From Candidatus Latescibacterota bacterium (lineage in GTDB: Bacteria > Latescibacterota > UBA2968 > UBA8231), in assembly GCA_965248265.1 (NCBI GenBank), contig CBDFJF010000002.1, positions 3,296,001-3,360,000 on the forward strand: DNA of 64,000 bases, written 5' to 3'. The position numbers and the translations under genes are program-made. Positions within the stretch are counted from its first letter, which is position 1. Each line of letters begins with the position of its first letter. Under the pieces are notes generated by a model, which did not search any database, had not been told where the DNA came from, and saw only the letters and a program-made list of their open reading frames with translations. Below, piece after piece: positions 9,891 through 20,447 of the stretch.

Positions 9891-11678
9891 ATGAGCCTCC
9901 TATGTATGACCCTGTTGTTGAGCGGTGAGGTCACCGCGCGAGTTTCCGTCAATGTGCCGATCGATCACTGGAGTTACGGCTTCATCGAGCGTTTTGAAGC
10001 CAGGGGGACGCTCAGTGGATTGGCCGATGGCATCAAGCCCTTCAGCCGGCTAAGCATGGCGCGAGCGTTGTTGACAATCGGCAACGGGCGCGATGCCGGC
10101 GGGGCAGTTACCGCGGTTGAAGGCGCCTTGCTTGATCGCCTGCTGAGAGAATTCAAGGTGGAGATCGACCAGATCGAAGGCCGCCCCCGCCACGCCTATG
10201 GTATTGATTCGCATGATCCTGATTCGCGTAGCGTCGCAGCGACGCTGGCGCGAGCGCGGGTAGGCAGTGGGCTGGTACGCTACCAGCGTGAGGAAGGCGA
10301 GTTAGAGGCTGATCTACTGGTGCGCCAGCAGTCCGATTTTCTTACCGGCCGTGGTCGCGCGGACACCGAACGCGTGTACCGGACCCGATTGGGTGCCGTT
10401 GTGAGCGGGCACATGGCGGACAGACTCGCCTACCGTGTTTCCTTCGAGCAGACGCAGGAGCGCGGATCGCGATCCTACTTCCAACGTGATGATGTGTTCG
10501 AGCCTCGCCGCGAGTTGCCGCAGCTGAAGGGTTCGCGGGCGGACTATCATGAGGGCACTGCGTACGCCGTATTCGCGTTGCAATTCCTGAATGTCGAGTT
10601 CGGAAAGGATGAGGTCCGTTGGGGTCCCGCGCCGGTTGAGAACCTTGGACTGAACAATGCGGCGCCAACGTTCGACATGGTGCGCTTGCGGACCCGGCTG
10701 GGCGCGGTCGAGCTCGTCAGCATCGCCGGCGCTCTGCGTCCCTGTCCCGATCGGCCGGATTCCCCGACCTGCGAGGGGGTTGGAGATTCCTCGGCTACCT
10801 ACATCGTCAACGGTGTCACCCGACCGTTGGAGCGCGACAAGTACCTGGCCGCCCATCGATTCGAAGCGGCGCTGACTCCATGGATGGATGTGGGGTTTCA
10901 GGAGGTGTTGGTGTACGGCGACCGGGGTCCGTCGTTCACCTACCTCAATCCGCTCATGTTCTACTGGGCAGCGCAAAGCTACCAGGGCGACAAGGACAAC
11001 CTGATGATGGGTCTCGATGTCGATGTTCATGGCCGGGGCAAACGCTTTTATTTAATCTACGTCGTCGACGACCTCAAGAAACTGCGTATCTTCAGCAACG
11101 ATTTCGCCAACAAGTTTTCGCTGCAGGCGGGTGCCCTGATAGTCGATCCGCTCAGTTTCGACGATTCCGACCTCAGGTTGGAGTATGTGCGAATTGAGCC
11201 ATGGATCTACACGCACAAGTTCCCGATCAATACGTTCCGTCATTTCGACGCTCCGCTGGGACACAGCCTGGGGCCCAACAGCGATCGCTGGCAAGTGCAA
11301 TTCGGCCATCGTCCACATCGCGACCTGTCCGTGCACCTGCAACTGGCGCGAACTCGTCACGGACGCAACGAGATTCTCGAGGATGGCTCGGTCCGAAATG
11401 TCGGCGGTGACCTGCACCTTGGTTCGAGTGCCATGGACAACAGAGAAGACAAGAAGTTCCTCGATGGCAGTGTCGAGCAACGCACCGAGTTAGGTGGCAA
11501 CTTATCGTTTAGGTCGTGGACGCACTCGTCGGTGACGATTGGCTACATTCACGAGTGGGGGACCAACGTGCCCCTGCCACCGCGGTGGGGTGGCGGAGTC
11601 ACGCTGCAGAATCGAACCGGATTCGGCGACGGCAATCAGCACCGGGTCAGCGTTGAGCTTCGATACGGGTACCTGTGA
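9891..11678 (+). CDS. Capsule assembly Wzi-family outer-membrane protein
   Basis: Signal peptide, VPIDHWSYGFIERF...IKPFSR, WGP, YLAAHRFE, YLNPL, DNLMMG, LGHSLGPNSD; start uncertain (9735-9891). Confidence 0.75.
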   Translation: MSLLCMTLLLSGEVTARVSVNVPIDHWSYGFIERFEARGTLSGLADGIKPFSRLSMARALLTIGNGRDAGGAVTAVEGALLDRLLREFKVEIDQIEGRPRHAYGIDSHDPDSRSVAATLARARVGSGLVRYQREEGELEADLLVRQQSDFLTGRGRADTERVYRTRLGAVVSGHMADRLAYRVSFEQTQERGSRSYFQRDDVFEPRRELPQLKGSRADYHEGTAYAVFALQFLNVEFGKDEVRWGPAPVENLGLNNAAPTFDMVRLRTRLGAVELVSIAGALRPCPDRPDSPTCEGVGDSSATYIVNGVTRPLERDKYLAAHRFEAALTPWMDVGFQEVLVYGDRGPSFTYLNPLMFYWAAQSYQGDKDNLMMGLDVDVHGRGKRFYLIYVVDDLKKLRIFSNDFANKFSLQAGALIVDPLSFDDSDLRLEYVRIEPWIYTHKFPINTFRHFDAPLGHSLGPNSDRWQVQFGHRPHRDLSVHLQLARTRHGRNEILEDGSVRNVGGDLHLGSSAMDNREDKKFLDGSVEQRTELGGNLSFRSWTHSSVTIGYIHEWGTNVPLPPRWGGGVTLQNRTGFGDGNQHRVSVELRYGYL

Positions 11679-11736
11679 TGCGGGATCTCTCTGACTCAGA
11701 CTGCGGTATCAGCGGGGTGCCATCTGATGTGCAACC

Positions 11737-12948
11737 ATGATTGAACTGACGCTTTTGGATTGGGTGTTGGTTGCCACGGGGTCGGTGTACCTGGTTGCCA
11801 TCGCCTGGTTGTATTGCGGTTTGCGGCGGGTTGGACGCCAGCGCCGCCGAGGATTTCGAGCGGATGGTGGGTCATCTGCCGCGAGCCTCGGATCAGTAAG
11901 CGTGATCGTTGCGGCACGGGACGAGGAGGCGTCCCTCCCGAGTTGTCTTCAGGCACTGCGCGGGCAGGAATATGAAGGTGTCCTCGAAGTCATCGTCGTC
12001 GACGATCGCTCCCGGGACGACACGGGAAACGTCGTGCGGGGTCTCTCGAGCGATTGGTCGGCGCTGCATCTGGTACAGGTCACTGAGCAGAAGCTGCACT
12101 GCCCAAAGAAGAATGCCCTCGCACACGGCATCGAACACAGTCGGGGCGACTTCCTGCTGTTTACGGACGCTGACTGCGTGCCGTCGCCGCAGTGGGTGCA
12201 GTCCACTGTCGCTGCCTTTGACGACGGTGTGGGGATGGTTGCCGGCTATGCCGCGGCGCAAACGGGTCGACGTTGGGTTGATAAACTCCTGGCGCTGGAC
12301 AACCTCGCCGTTGCGGCCATGGGAGCTGGGAGCATGGGCATGGGTGCTCCACTGTCGTGCAGTGGGCGCAACCTGGCCTTCCGTCGTCGAGTGTATGACG
12401 AAGTGGGCGGATACTCATCCGTCGGTCACCTCGTCGGCGGCGACGACGTGTACATGATGCGGTTGATCAGGAGGCAGACGAGTTGGGCGATCGTCTACAA
12501 CGCAGATCCCCAGGCAGGAGTGATCGGTGAGGCCGGGCAGGGGACCGCCGTCGACGTGGTTCATCAGAAGTTGCGACATGCCTCGAAAGCGGCTCGGTAC
12601 GACGGTCCTGCGCGTCTACTCGGGATTGGCGTTTACCTCTTCCATCTGTCGATTCTGGTCGGTCTGTACATGGTAGCAACCGGAGCGGCGACCGGCGGGG
12701 GTGTCGTCGTCATCGCCGTATGGTCGCTGCGCTGGCTGGCAGACGGGGGCCTGTTGTGGCATTTTGCCACACGCTTCACGCCGGATGGGGTGCCGCTGCT
12801 GCGGTTCCTGCCGGCATTCGAGATCGGCTACCTGCCGTACGTCCTACTGGGGGTGCCGTTGGGAAGTTTGGGCATGTTTCGGTGGAAGGGTTCGACCGCG
12901 TTTGGTTCCCCCAGCACATCTCTCGAAGGACAGAAAGCAGTGATGTAA
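11737..12948 (+). CDS. Glycosyltransferase family 2, membrane-bound
   Basis: SVIVAARDEE, VDDRSRD, FTDADC, GGDD, QKLRH; flanking TM helices. Confidence 0.93.
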   Translation: MIELTLLDWVLVATGSVYLVAIAWLYCGLRRVGRQRRRGFRADGGSSAASLGSVSVIVAARDEEASLPSCLQALRGQEYEGVLEVIVVDDRSRDDTGNVVRGLSSDWSALHLVQVTEQKLHCPKKNALAHGIEHSRGDFLLFTDADCVPSPQWVQSTVAAFDDGVGMVAGYAAAQTGRRWVDKLLALDNLAVAAMGAGSMGMGAPLSCSGRNLAFRRRVYDEVGGYSSVGHLVGGDDVYMMRLIRRQTSWAIVYNADPQAGVIGEAGQGTAVDVVHQKLRHASKAARYDGPARLLGIGVYLFHLSILVGLYMVATGAATGGGVVVIAVWSLRWLADGGLLWHFATRFTPDGVPLLRFLPAFEIGYLPYVLLGVPLGSLGMFRWKGSTAFGSPSTSLEGQKAVM

Positions 12949-14090
12949 TGGCATTTCTTGCTGCACCGAGAAAGATCCCCGGGTACATAAGCCAGTACGG
13001 CTATGCCTTCTCATGGCGACGTTTGTGGAACTGCGTCAAGGTTCTGTCTTCCATGGCGGTATCGTGGTTGGTCAGGCGCCCTGTGGTCTGGGGGCAGCCG
13101 TTCATGCTGATGGTAGAGCCGACGAACTTCTGCAACCTCAAATGTCCCCTGTGCCCCTCCGGGAATGGCGAAATGACGAGGCGCCGGGGAAACATGGAGC
13201 TGGCTGATTTCAAGGATTTGATCGACCAGGTGGGCGATCACCTGGTCCTTCTCATGTTGTGGAATCAGGGCGAGCCCTTCATCAACAAGTGCTTCGTTGA
13301 GATGGTGCGCTATGCGCATTCGAAGAGAATCCCCACGCTCACCAGCACCAATGGCCATTACATTCGTGATTTGGAGCAGGCCAAATCCGTGGTTGAATCC
13401 GGCCTTGATGAAATCATCGTCTCCCTCGACGGAGTCGATCAAGAGACCTACGAAACGTATCGGGTTGGCGGCAAGATCGAACGAGTTCTTACCGGGGCCC
13501 GCCTGCTATCGCAGGCAAAACGGGAGTTGCGATCCGAAACCCCCCTCGTCAACCTCCAGTTCATCGTCTTTCGCCACAACGAAAAGGATCTGGCTGAGGC
13601 TGAGCGGATCGCTCACGAAGTGGGTGCGGACAAATTCTTGGTGAAGACGGCTCAGGTCTACTCAGCAGCGGATGCCGAACAGTTTCTGCCACAGGACGGG
13701 GAATTCCGGCGGTATCAGCAGAGCAAAGAGGGTGGCCGCAATGGGGATGCAGGCAGTACTCCAGATGATCCAGGCAACAATCTGGTAGTCAAAGGACAGC
13801 CCGCCCGAGGGTGCAAAGTTCTGTGGTACAGCTCGATGGTGAACTGGAATGGTGCGGTCGCCCCCTGTTGTTTCGACAAGGATGTGGATTTCGAAATGGG
13901 GAGAACCTCGCTCAGCGATTCGGAAACTTCGTCTCACTCAGCGCAACCCTTCAAGGAAATTTGGCGAGGGCGGGCTTACATGGATTTCCGTGAACGGGTG
14001 TTGGCAGACCGTGCGGCCTTCGATATGTGTCGCAATTGTTCGGAGGGCTATCGCGGCATGTTCTCGTTGGTGAAAGAGCTCAGCGGCTGA
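12948..14090 (+). CDS. Radical SAM / SPASM-domain protein
   Basis: EPTNFCNLKCPLC (CX3CX2C), GEP, C-terminal C...PCCFD...CRNC; ATG overlaps the upstream stop. Confidence 0.93.
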   Translation: MAFLAAPRKIPGYISQYGYAFSWRRLWNCVKVLSSMAVSWLVRRPVVWGQPFMLMVEPTNFCNLKCPLCPSGNGEMTRRRGNMELADFKDLIDQVGDHLVLLMLWNQGEPFINKCFVEMVRYAHSKRIPTLTSTNGHYIRDLEQAKSVVESGLDEIIVSLDGVDQETYETYRVGGKIERVLTGARLLSQAKRELRSETPLVNLQFIVFRHNEKDLAEAERIAHEVGADKFLVKTAQVYSAADAEQFLPQDGEFRRYQQSKEGGRNGDAGSTPDDPGNNLVVKGQPARGCKVLWYSSMVNWNGAVAPCCFDKDVDFEMGRTSLSDSETSSHSAQPFKEIWRGRAYMDFRERVLADRAAFDMCRNCSEGYRGMFSLVKELSG

Positions 14091-14097
14091 GGCAGGC

Positions 14098-15372
14098 ATG
14101 GCGGAACCTCTCCAGCATTGGAGACTGGCCGTTGACGTGCTCATGGCCACCTCATGTTTGGCCTACATTGCCGGCGTCCTCTGGTTCAGGCGCGGAATCG
14201 ACGCCCCTCTGCCGACACCAACTGCCACCGTTAACGCTCCGGCTTCCGCTGACCCTCTCCCTTTTGTTTCGATAGTCGTCGCAGCCCGCGATGAGGAGGA
14301 AAGCATCCCCGCTATCCTCGATGCGCTCGAAGAGCAAACCTATCCGCGTGATCGGTATGAGATCATCGTCGTCGATGACGGTTCCGTGGATGGCACGGCT
14401 GCCATTGTGCAGGAGCGTCTGAGTTCCGCCGTTGACGAGGATGGCTTCGGGCTTCGCCTCGTCGGCGTGCCAGCTAACAAGCCGGCGGTCACCAGCGGGC
14501 GATCTCCGGGATCAAAAAAAATCGCACTTCAACGAGGCATCGATGCGGCAACCGGCGATATCATCCTGTCCACGGATGCTGACTGTCGCGTACCACCCGG
14601 ATGGGTAGCCGGATTGGTATCTGAGTTTGACGCCGATGTCGGCATGGTGGTCGGGTTTTCCAGGATAGGCCAAGAGGGCAAGCGTCTGGGTGTGCGAGGG
14701 GGCTGGGAAGCCGTCGACTTCTACAATCTGATGTTGGCAGCCATGGGCAGTGCCGGTAGGGGCCACGCGATGGCTGCCTCAGGCCAGAGTCTGGCTTTCC
14801 GACGCCAGGCCTTCGTCGGAGTCGGAGGGTATCAATCAGTGCTGCATCGCGTTTCCGGCGACGACGTTTTGCTGTTGCAGCTCATCAGACGCTCGGGGGA
14901 TTGGCAAATCCGCTTCTGCCGGGAAGTTGCAACGACGGTCAATCACCCGCCGTCACGTTCCTGGCGCTCACTGCTCAGCCAGCGTGCCCGTTGGGCCTCC
15001 AATGCCCCCTGTCAGATGCGGTTGGACGCCGTCTTCTTCGGTTACCTCAGCGCTACCTTCCTGTTCGGTCTGATGCAGGTGTTGTCGCCGTTTCTGCTGC
15101 TATTGGGCGGGCTCTCCGCGCCGTTGTTGGTCACGGTGCTGGCCTGCAAAATTACAGCCGAATGGTCCCTGCTCACTCGTGGCATGCGGGTGTTCCGGCC
15201 GCCGGAGGGTCTGCGCCGCCACTACGCTGTATGGACCTGCCTGCATCCCCTTTACCTGCTTTGTGTCGGCGTCTTCGGATGCCTGGGGATATTCAGCTGG
15301 AAGGGTGGGTCATTCCGGTGGGGAGGATGGAGCCGGCGGGAACGTAGCCACATCGCCCAACCGGAAGGTTGA
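14098..15372 (+). CDS. Glycosyltransferase family 2, membrane-bound
   Basis: SIVVAARDEE, VDDGSVD, TDADC, SGDD, QRARW. Confidence 0.93.
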   Translation: MAEPLQHWRLAVDVLMATSCLAYIAGVLWFRRGIDAPLPTPTATVNAPASADPLPFVSIVVAARDEEESIPAILDALEEQTYPRDRYEIIVVDDGSVDGTAAIVQERLSSAVDEDGFGLRLVGVPANKPAVTSGRSPGSKKIALQRGIDAATGDIILSTDADCRVPPGWVAGLVSEFDADVGMVVGFSRIGQEGKRLGVRGGWEAVDFYNLMLAAMGSAGRGHAMAASGQSLAFRRQAFVGVGGYQSVLHRVSGDDVLLLQLIRRSGDWQIRFCREVATTVNHPPSRSWRSLLSQRARWASNAPCQMRLDAVFFGYLSATFLFGLMQVLSPFLLLLGGLSAPLLVTVLACKITAEWSLLTRGMRVFRPPEGLRRHYAVWTCLHPLYLLCVGVFGCLGIFSWKGGSFRWGGWSRRERSHIAQPEG

Positions 15373-15378
15373 GTAGGC

Positions 15379-16737
15379 TTACTTGGCCGACAGTTCGGTC
15401 ACTTCGACCGTGTCATCCCAGAACACGACGAAGCCCTCCGCCGACGAGCGAAACAGACTCTTCACTCCATGGAGGATTTCCACTTCAACGTTGTTGCCTG
15501 CGGTCAGTGACACCGGCTTGCCGGCGGTAGCATCCAGGCGATCCCCCATTACGGTGTACCCCGGTTCGCCGGTCGTCGCGGCATCCAGTACCGCCAGCAC
15601 ACTGCCCTCACTCACTGACATCCCCATCGGCCAGACAGGGTCCAGCAAGGATGCGGGTGCTGGCGCTCTGTCACCATCAGCCCTGGTCACGAATCCGTCC
15701 CGGCCATGTTCGGGACGTCGTCCTCGCGCCACGGTTTCCAATTGCGCAGAAGCCTGCGGGTCATTCAGTGCTGCGCTGACACGGGTGCAAGCGGCCGGGT
15801 CGATACCGCAGCAGACACCGTGAGCCGCGACGATCCGCTGTACGTCCATGGCGGAGGGGTGATTCGATCGATCCCGGGAGGGGAGGCAGAGAAAATCGGC
15901 ATGAAGCTTACCAGTACCGATCTCGATTGGTGAACGGATCCCTAGTTTCAGGCACGCACCGCCGTCCTCTTGGCAGGAGACCAGGTAGAGGTATCCGTAC
16001 TCTTCGGCCACCAGTTTCTGCCTCTGCACCGTTTCCACCAGTGCCACTCCTGGGCCTGGTTTCACCGATGGGCGATTGACTTGCCGACCAAATACGTCCG
16101 TTGGCTGGCAACCCACATCCAACACCAGGGCCTGATCAGGGTGGACGAATGTCGCCCGCACTTCATTGACCTGCTCTACCACTGCCAGGTGAGACTGGGT
16201 GGCAAGGGCTTGATGCAGGGTGTCGATGGCATCGCCTTCAGTTCGGGCCAGGTAGTCACTCAGGAGATGAGTTCCACACAGTCCGTCAACCGCGGAGCCT
16301 TTGGCGATCCGTACCCAATAGCGGGCGGACCGTGCCCCGGAAGAGCCCTCGATCATCCTCGCGAGACCAGATGATTCGATGCCCTGCAGGTTGTGCTGCC
16401 TCATCAATTCCATCATGTCCCCGGCCGTCGCCGCCATTGGGGGCGGGACGGATCCGAACACCTGTTGCAGGTCTTGAGTCAGGATCAAACTCAACCTGAC
16501 CACATTCCCGGCTGAATTCGGTGCCGCAATCTCGACCCTGTAGTAATGAGAGCGGTGAGAGCCGCTACGAGGTCCCCGTTCATGCCAGGACACATCCTTT
16601 GGGGGAACCTCCAAGAGGCGCGCAACCAGTGCACGGTCTTCGGTCTTCGTCGCTTTTTCTGGATGCTGTTGAGGGGATGCGGTGTCAACGACGCCAGCGT
16701 GGCTGACATCCGGATCGACGAGCAACGGTATCTCCAT
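15379..16737 (-). CDS. FapA/DUF342-like protein
   Basis: GRRPEHGRDG, VSEGSVLA...TGEPGYTVMG...GKPVSLTAGNNV...SAEG motifs typical of DUF342. Confidence 0.7.
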   Translation of the reverse strand: MEIPLLVDPDVSHAGVVDTASPQQHPEKATKTEDRALVARLLEVPPKDVSWHERGPRSGSHRSHYYRVEIAAPNSAGNVVRLSLILTQDLQQVFGSVPPPMAATAGDMMELMRQHNLQGIESSGLARMIEGSSGARSARYWVRIAKGSAVDGLCGTHLLSDYLARTEGDAIDTLHQALATQSHLAVVEQVNEVRATFVHPDQALVLDVGCQPTDVFGRQVNRPSVKPGPGVALVETVQRQKLVAEEYGYLYLVSCQEDGGACLKLGIRSPIEIGTGKLHADFLCLPSRDRSNHPSAMDVQRIVAAHGVCCGIDPAACTRVSAALNDPQASAQLETVARGRRPEHGRDGFVTRADGDRAPAPASLLDPVWPMGMSVSEGSVLAVLDAATTGEPGYTVMGDRLDATAGKPVSLTAGNNVEVEILHGVKSLFRSSAEGFVVFWDDTVEVTELSAK

Positions 16738-16897
16738 GAGCTCCCGGGGACCTTTCTTGAAAGGAGAACAAGACGCGAGATCGTGAAACAAGCAGGTGTC
16801 TTGGCGAGGCAGATTTTGGGCATTGCCTCATTCCCTTCATCGGCAGCTCAGGTGAACTCTTGATCAGTTATTCGAGGTAGGATGGTGCGGTCGTACG

Positions 16898-18175
16898 TCA
16901 GCGATCCGTGTGTGTCCTGATGGCCGCGACCAACTCCGACGGAGTCTCACAGCGTAGGAATGAGGAGCGAATCTCGTCCGAGTGCATGAGTGTGGCGATC
17001 TGGGCAAGGATCGGGATGTAGCTGCGGTAATTTTCTTCAGGCGTAAGTAGCAGAAAGAGGTAGCGAACCGGATCTCCACCAGCGCCAAATTCGACTCCGT
17101 CCGGGCAGATTGCCATCACCCCGATGACCCCGGGCAGGTTCGGAATGCGGGCGTGGGGGACAGCGGTTTCGTGGCCGAGCGCCGTCGGCCCTTTCTGCTC
17201 TCGAGCCCGAGCAGCGCGAAGAATGTTGTCTCTCTGTGATGCCGGTACCTGCTTCTCTTCCACCAGGACGTCGACCAATTGCTCCAGGGCTTCCCACTTG
17301 TCCTTGGGGTGGAGGTCGAGCCGGATGGTGTGCTCCCAAAAGATGTTGCTCAAGCTTGGACTGTGCACTGCCCGTGAACGCACCATCAGTACGGAGCTCG
17401 GTACCTGATCGGCTATTTCGTCCGGAATCGATCCCGCCAGGTAGTCCTCCTGGCGCCAGTCATTGGAGGCGCCGAGCACGAGCAGATCGCTGTCGCGACT
17501 GCGATCCACGATAGGTTTGACGATGTCCGCAGCGGGCACAACCTCGATGGGGGCGTTCACGTTCATCAACTGCAGTTGAAGCTCGGTATCCCTGCGAACT
17601 TGATCACAATGGCGTTCGAGCAAAGGTTGACGTGATCGGAGCTCGCGATCTCGAGCCACCCGTACGATTTGTAGGGAGGCGTCCCAGGCGGTGGCCAGGT
17701 CATCGGCTACCTGGACACCAACCAATGAATGGCTGCCTCCGCTGGTCGGCACCAGAATCCGCTCAGGAGGCTTGGCGCTGCGCTCTTTGTAGATCAGCAT
17801 GTCGACGTCGAGTACCTTCGTCAGCCTGCGATTCTCTGAGCCCATCACGGCGTCCCGATCGACGTCGCCGTACCATCCCATCAAAACGATATTGCATTCG
17901 TGTTGGCGAATCGTACCCAGAATGGCCTCAGTAACCGATGGGCCCTCGATGAGATTGGGCACAGCCCGGATTCCCAGTGTGCGGGCCATTTCCGCCGTGC
18001 TCTCGAGTTCCGGCCGAGCGGAACCTGCAGATTGCTCTGCCGATGGAGTCAGCACGTGCGTGAGAAATAGATCACCGCCACGAGCCTGGGCAAGCGTGGC
18101 GGCCATGCGCACCAGGCCGTGCTCACTGGCCGGGTTTTCGATGGCGACGAGGATCCGTACTGAAGAATTCGCCAT
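16898..18175 (-). CDS. Tandem universal stress protein domains fused to a PTS EIIA (Ntr/Fru-type) domain
   Basis: RILVAI, ILVPTSGGSHS, DLLVLGA...GSIPDEIA; C-terminal REQKGPTALGHETAVPHAR with the phospho-His. Confidence 0.85.
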   Translation of the reverse strand: MANSSVRILVAIENPASEHGLVRMAATLAQARGGDLFLTHVLTPSAEQSAGSARPELESTAEMARTLGIRAVPNLIEGPSVTEAILGTIRQHECNIVLMGWYGDVDRDAVMGSENRRLTKVLDVDMLIYKERSAKPPERILVPTSGGSHSLVGVQVADDLATAWDASLQIVRVARDRELRSRQPLLERHCDQVRRDTELQLQLMNVNAPIEVVPAADIVKPIVDRSRDSDLLVLGASNDWRQEDYLAGSIPDEIADQVPSSVLMVRSRAVHSPSLSNIFWEHTIRLDLHPKDKWEALEQLVDVLVEEKQVPASQRDNILRAARAREQKGPTALGHETAVPHARIPNLPGVIGVMAICPDGVEFGAGGDPVRYLFLLLTPEENYRSYIPILAQIATLMHSDEIRSSFLRCETPSELVAAIRTHTDR

Positions 18176-18529
18176 ATGCGACTGAAAACCACGTGAGAGA
18201 GTGTGTGTGACGAATGTCTGTGGGAGAGTGCGACTAGCCTAAGGGTCTCAAGATTTCGGTGGCGCCAAGGGGGAGCGTCCGCGATTTCTATCACCCATCA
18301 CCCGATTCCAAGATACAAAGGTCAATGGAATTCTTCCACGAGGAATCCACCCTGTTTTCGCGTCGGTCTACCAAGTTGCTGCGGCACTGTGCGTTGATTA
18401 ATTTGATGGCAGCTGAGAACCTGTTCATCAGGAGCCATTTATGAGTAAGGTTGGGTTGGCGGGCAGGCAGCAGGCCAGCACCAACAATCCTTATCCACGA
18501 TGCCTTTAGACAGCGAAACACGGGACAAA

Positions 18530-19216
18530 ATGCCAGTAGTAACTGTCGCCCGACAGATGGGAAGCGGGGGAGATAACATAGCCCGCAAGGTAGCCGATAG
18601 ACTCGGGTACGTGTTTGTCGATCGTTCCCTGATAGAGGAGATCGCCAGTATTACCGACACCACGGTAGAGGAGGTCGAGAAGTACGATGAGAAGGGCGAA
18701 GGGCGGGTGAAGCACTTCCTCAAGCGGCTTCTGGTTCCAGAGATGAGTCCGGGCGGCTTCCCACTTTCTTCAGCTGCCTATTTTCCTGAGTTCGGACTGG
18801 AATTCCCGTACATGCTGGAAACCTCGGGAGATGACGCAACCTACCTCGATCGTGGTGCGTATCAACTATTGATCACGACACTGGTGCAGGAGTACGGAGA
18901 TACCGGCAATTCCGTAATCGTCGGCAGGGCTAGTCAAATGATTCTCGCCAACCGCGAGGACGTCGTCCACGTACGGATTCTTGCCCCGCTCGAATATCGC
19001 TGCGAGCAGGTGATGCGGAGCATGGAGGTTGATGCCGACACCGCTCTCGAGCTGGTGCAGCAGCATGATCGCTGGCGCGAACTGTACCTGAAAAACTACC
19101 ACAACGCCGACTGGAACGACCTGTTACTTTACCATTTTTCCATCAATAGCGGCCTGGTCGAGATCGATGAGGCGGTCGAGATGATTGTCCATTACGCCAA
19201 TTCGACAGACGGGTAG
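18530..19216 (+). CDS. Cytidylate kinase-like family protein
   Basis: VTVARQMGSGG, VIVGRAS, HVRILAP, DRWR..Y. Confidence 0.88.
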   Translation: MPVVTVARQMGSGGDNIARKVADRLGYVFVDRSLIEEIASITDTTVEEVEKYDEKGEGRVKHFLKRLLVPEMSPGGFPLSSAAYFPEFGLEFPYMLETSGDDATYLDRGAYQLLITTLVQEYGDTGNSVIVGRASQMILANREDVVHVRILAPLEYRCEQVMRSMEVDADTALELVQQHDRWRELYLKNYHNADWNDLLLYHFSINSGLVEIDEAVEMIVHYANSTDG

Positions 19217-19385
19217 GTCGTACCGCGCCTGCGCGCCTGGTGGGAGGCTGAAAAATCTTGCTTTGCCACTGCCTCTGATGTATGTTACGATCATTATAGG
19301 GTTTGGGATGTGATTTCGGGTGAGGTTACCCGGTTTCGCCCAAGCACGGTGCAAGTTTCCAGACAGCTTTCAGGAGTTCGTTTCC

Positions 19386-20327
19386 ATGCCAATCAAGAGC
19401 TTATTCTCCATTTCCGCGATCCTCGCACTGACGGCTGTATCCGCGGATGCGGTAGTGAACATCCAGAATATCGGTTCGGGTGCTCGCGCGTCGTCGCTGG
19501 GCAATGCCTTCGTGGCGGTGGCGGACAACGCCGACGCCGTCTTCGCCAACCCGGCGGGCTTGAATCAGCTCAAGGGTGCGCAGTTGGCCTACACCAACGT
19601 GTCCCTGCTGTTCTCGGGCATTGACGGAGATAATCTGGGCCAGCACGTGGTCAGTTACGCGCGTCCCGGCAAGATGAGCTTAGGCCTGGGTTACGAGCGC
19701 ATCGGCAGTGATTTGCTGAGCGAGAACGGCGCCTTTCTGTCCCTGGGGTTCAAGTTCAGCTCGAAGCTGAGCGTGGGGCTGACCGCCAAGTACGTGTTCT
19801 GGAGTGTCGGTGACATTCCCAACGACGCGGTGACGGGTGCGCCGGATCCGCTTTCGAACCAGAGCCAGGGTGCCATCGGTGCTGACATCGGCCTGCTGTG
19901 GAAGGCCCCGATTCGCGATGCGCGCGTCGGTCTGTTGCTGAAGAACGCCCTGCAGCCGAACGTGGCCAAGGGGAGTGTGAAAAACACCGATGGCTCGGAT
20001 GCCGGCGATGTGCCGATGGACCTGCATATCGGCGTGTCGACGAGTGTGGCCGAAGCCTCCATGGTGAGCGTGCAGTGGGTGATGCGTGATCTGAGCGGTG
20101 AAGAGGTGGACAAGCGGCTGGTGGTGGGTGGCGAGACCAAGGTGGCTGAAGGTTTCATGCTGCGCGCCGGAGGCAGCAAGATCTTCGAAGACGAAGCCAG
20201 CGGTGACGTCAACGCCGGCCTCGGTTACAAGTGGAACAAGACGCAGTTCGATTACGGATATCACATTCCGATGGATCTCACTGAGACCAACGGTTCGCAC
20301 CGCTTCTCATTGGGGTACGTGTTCTAG
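19386..20327 (+). CDS. PorV/PorQ/FadL-like outer-membrane beta-barrel
   Basis: Signal peptide, GARASSLGNAFVAVADNADAVFANPAGL, C-terminal HRFSLGYVF. Confidence 0.8.
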   Translation: MPIKSLFSISAILALTAVSADAVVNIQNIGSGARASSLGNAFVAVADNADAVFANPAGLNQLKGAQLAYTNVSLLFSGIDGDNLGQHVVSYARPGKMSLGLGYERIGSDLLSENGAFLSLGFKFSSKLSVGLTAKYVFWSVGDIPNDAVTGAPDPLSNQSQGAIGADIGLLWKAPIRDARVGLLLKNALQPNVAKGSVKNTDGSDAGDVPMDLHIGVSTSVAEASMVSVQWVMRDLSGEEVDKRLVVGGETKVAEGFMLRAGGSKIFEDEASGDVNAGLGYKWNKTQFDYGYHIPMDLTETNGSHRFSLGYVF

Positions 20328-20370
20328 AGCGCGCCGGTTCGCGGCAGGGTCTTGTCGCGCACGATATATC

Positions 20371-20411
20371 GAAAAGGCTGCTCCATTTTCGGAGTGGCCT
20401 TTTCCTTTTTT
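20371..20411 (+). terminator. Rho-independent terminator
   Basis: GAAAAGGCTGCTCC-ATTTTC-GGAGTGGCCTTTTC followed by a T-run. Confidence 0.75.
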
Positions 20412-20447
20412 TGGCCCATGGCATCAGAAGTGGAGGGTTCTGGAGAA

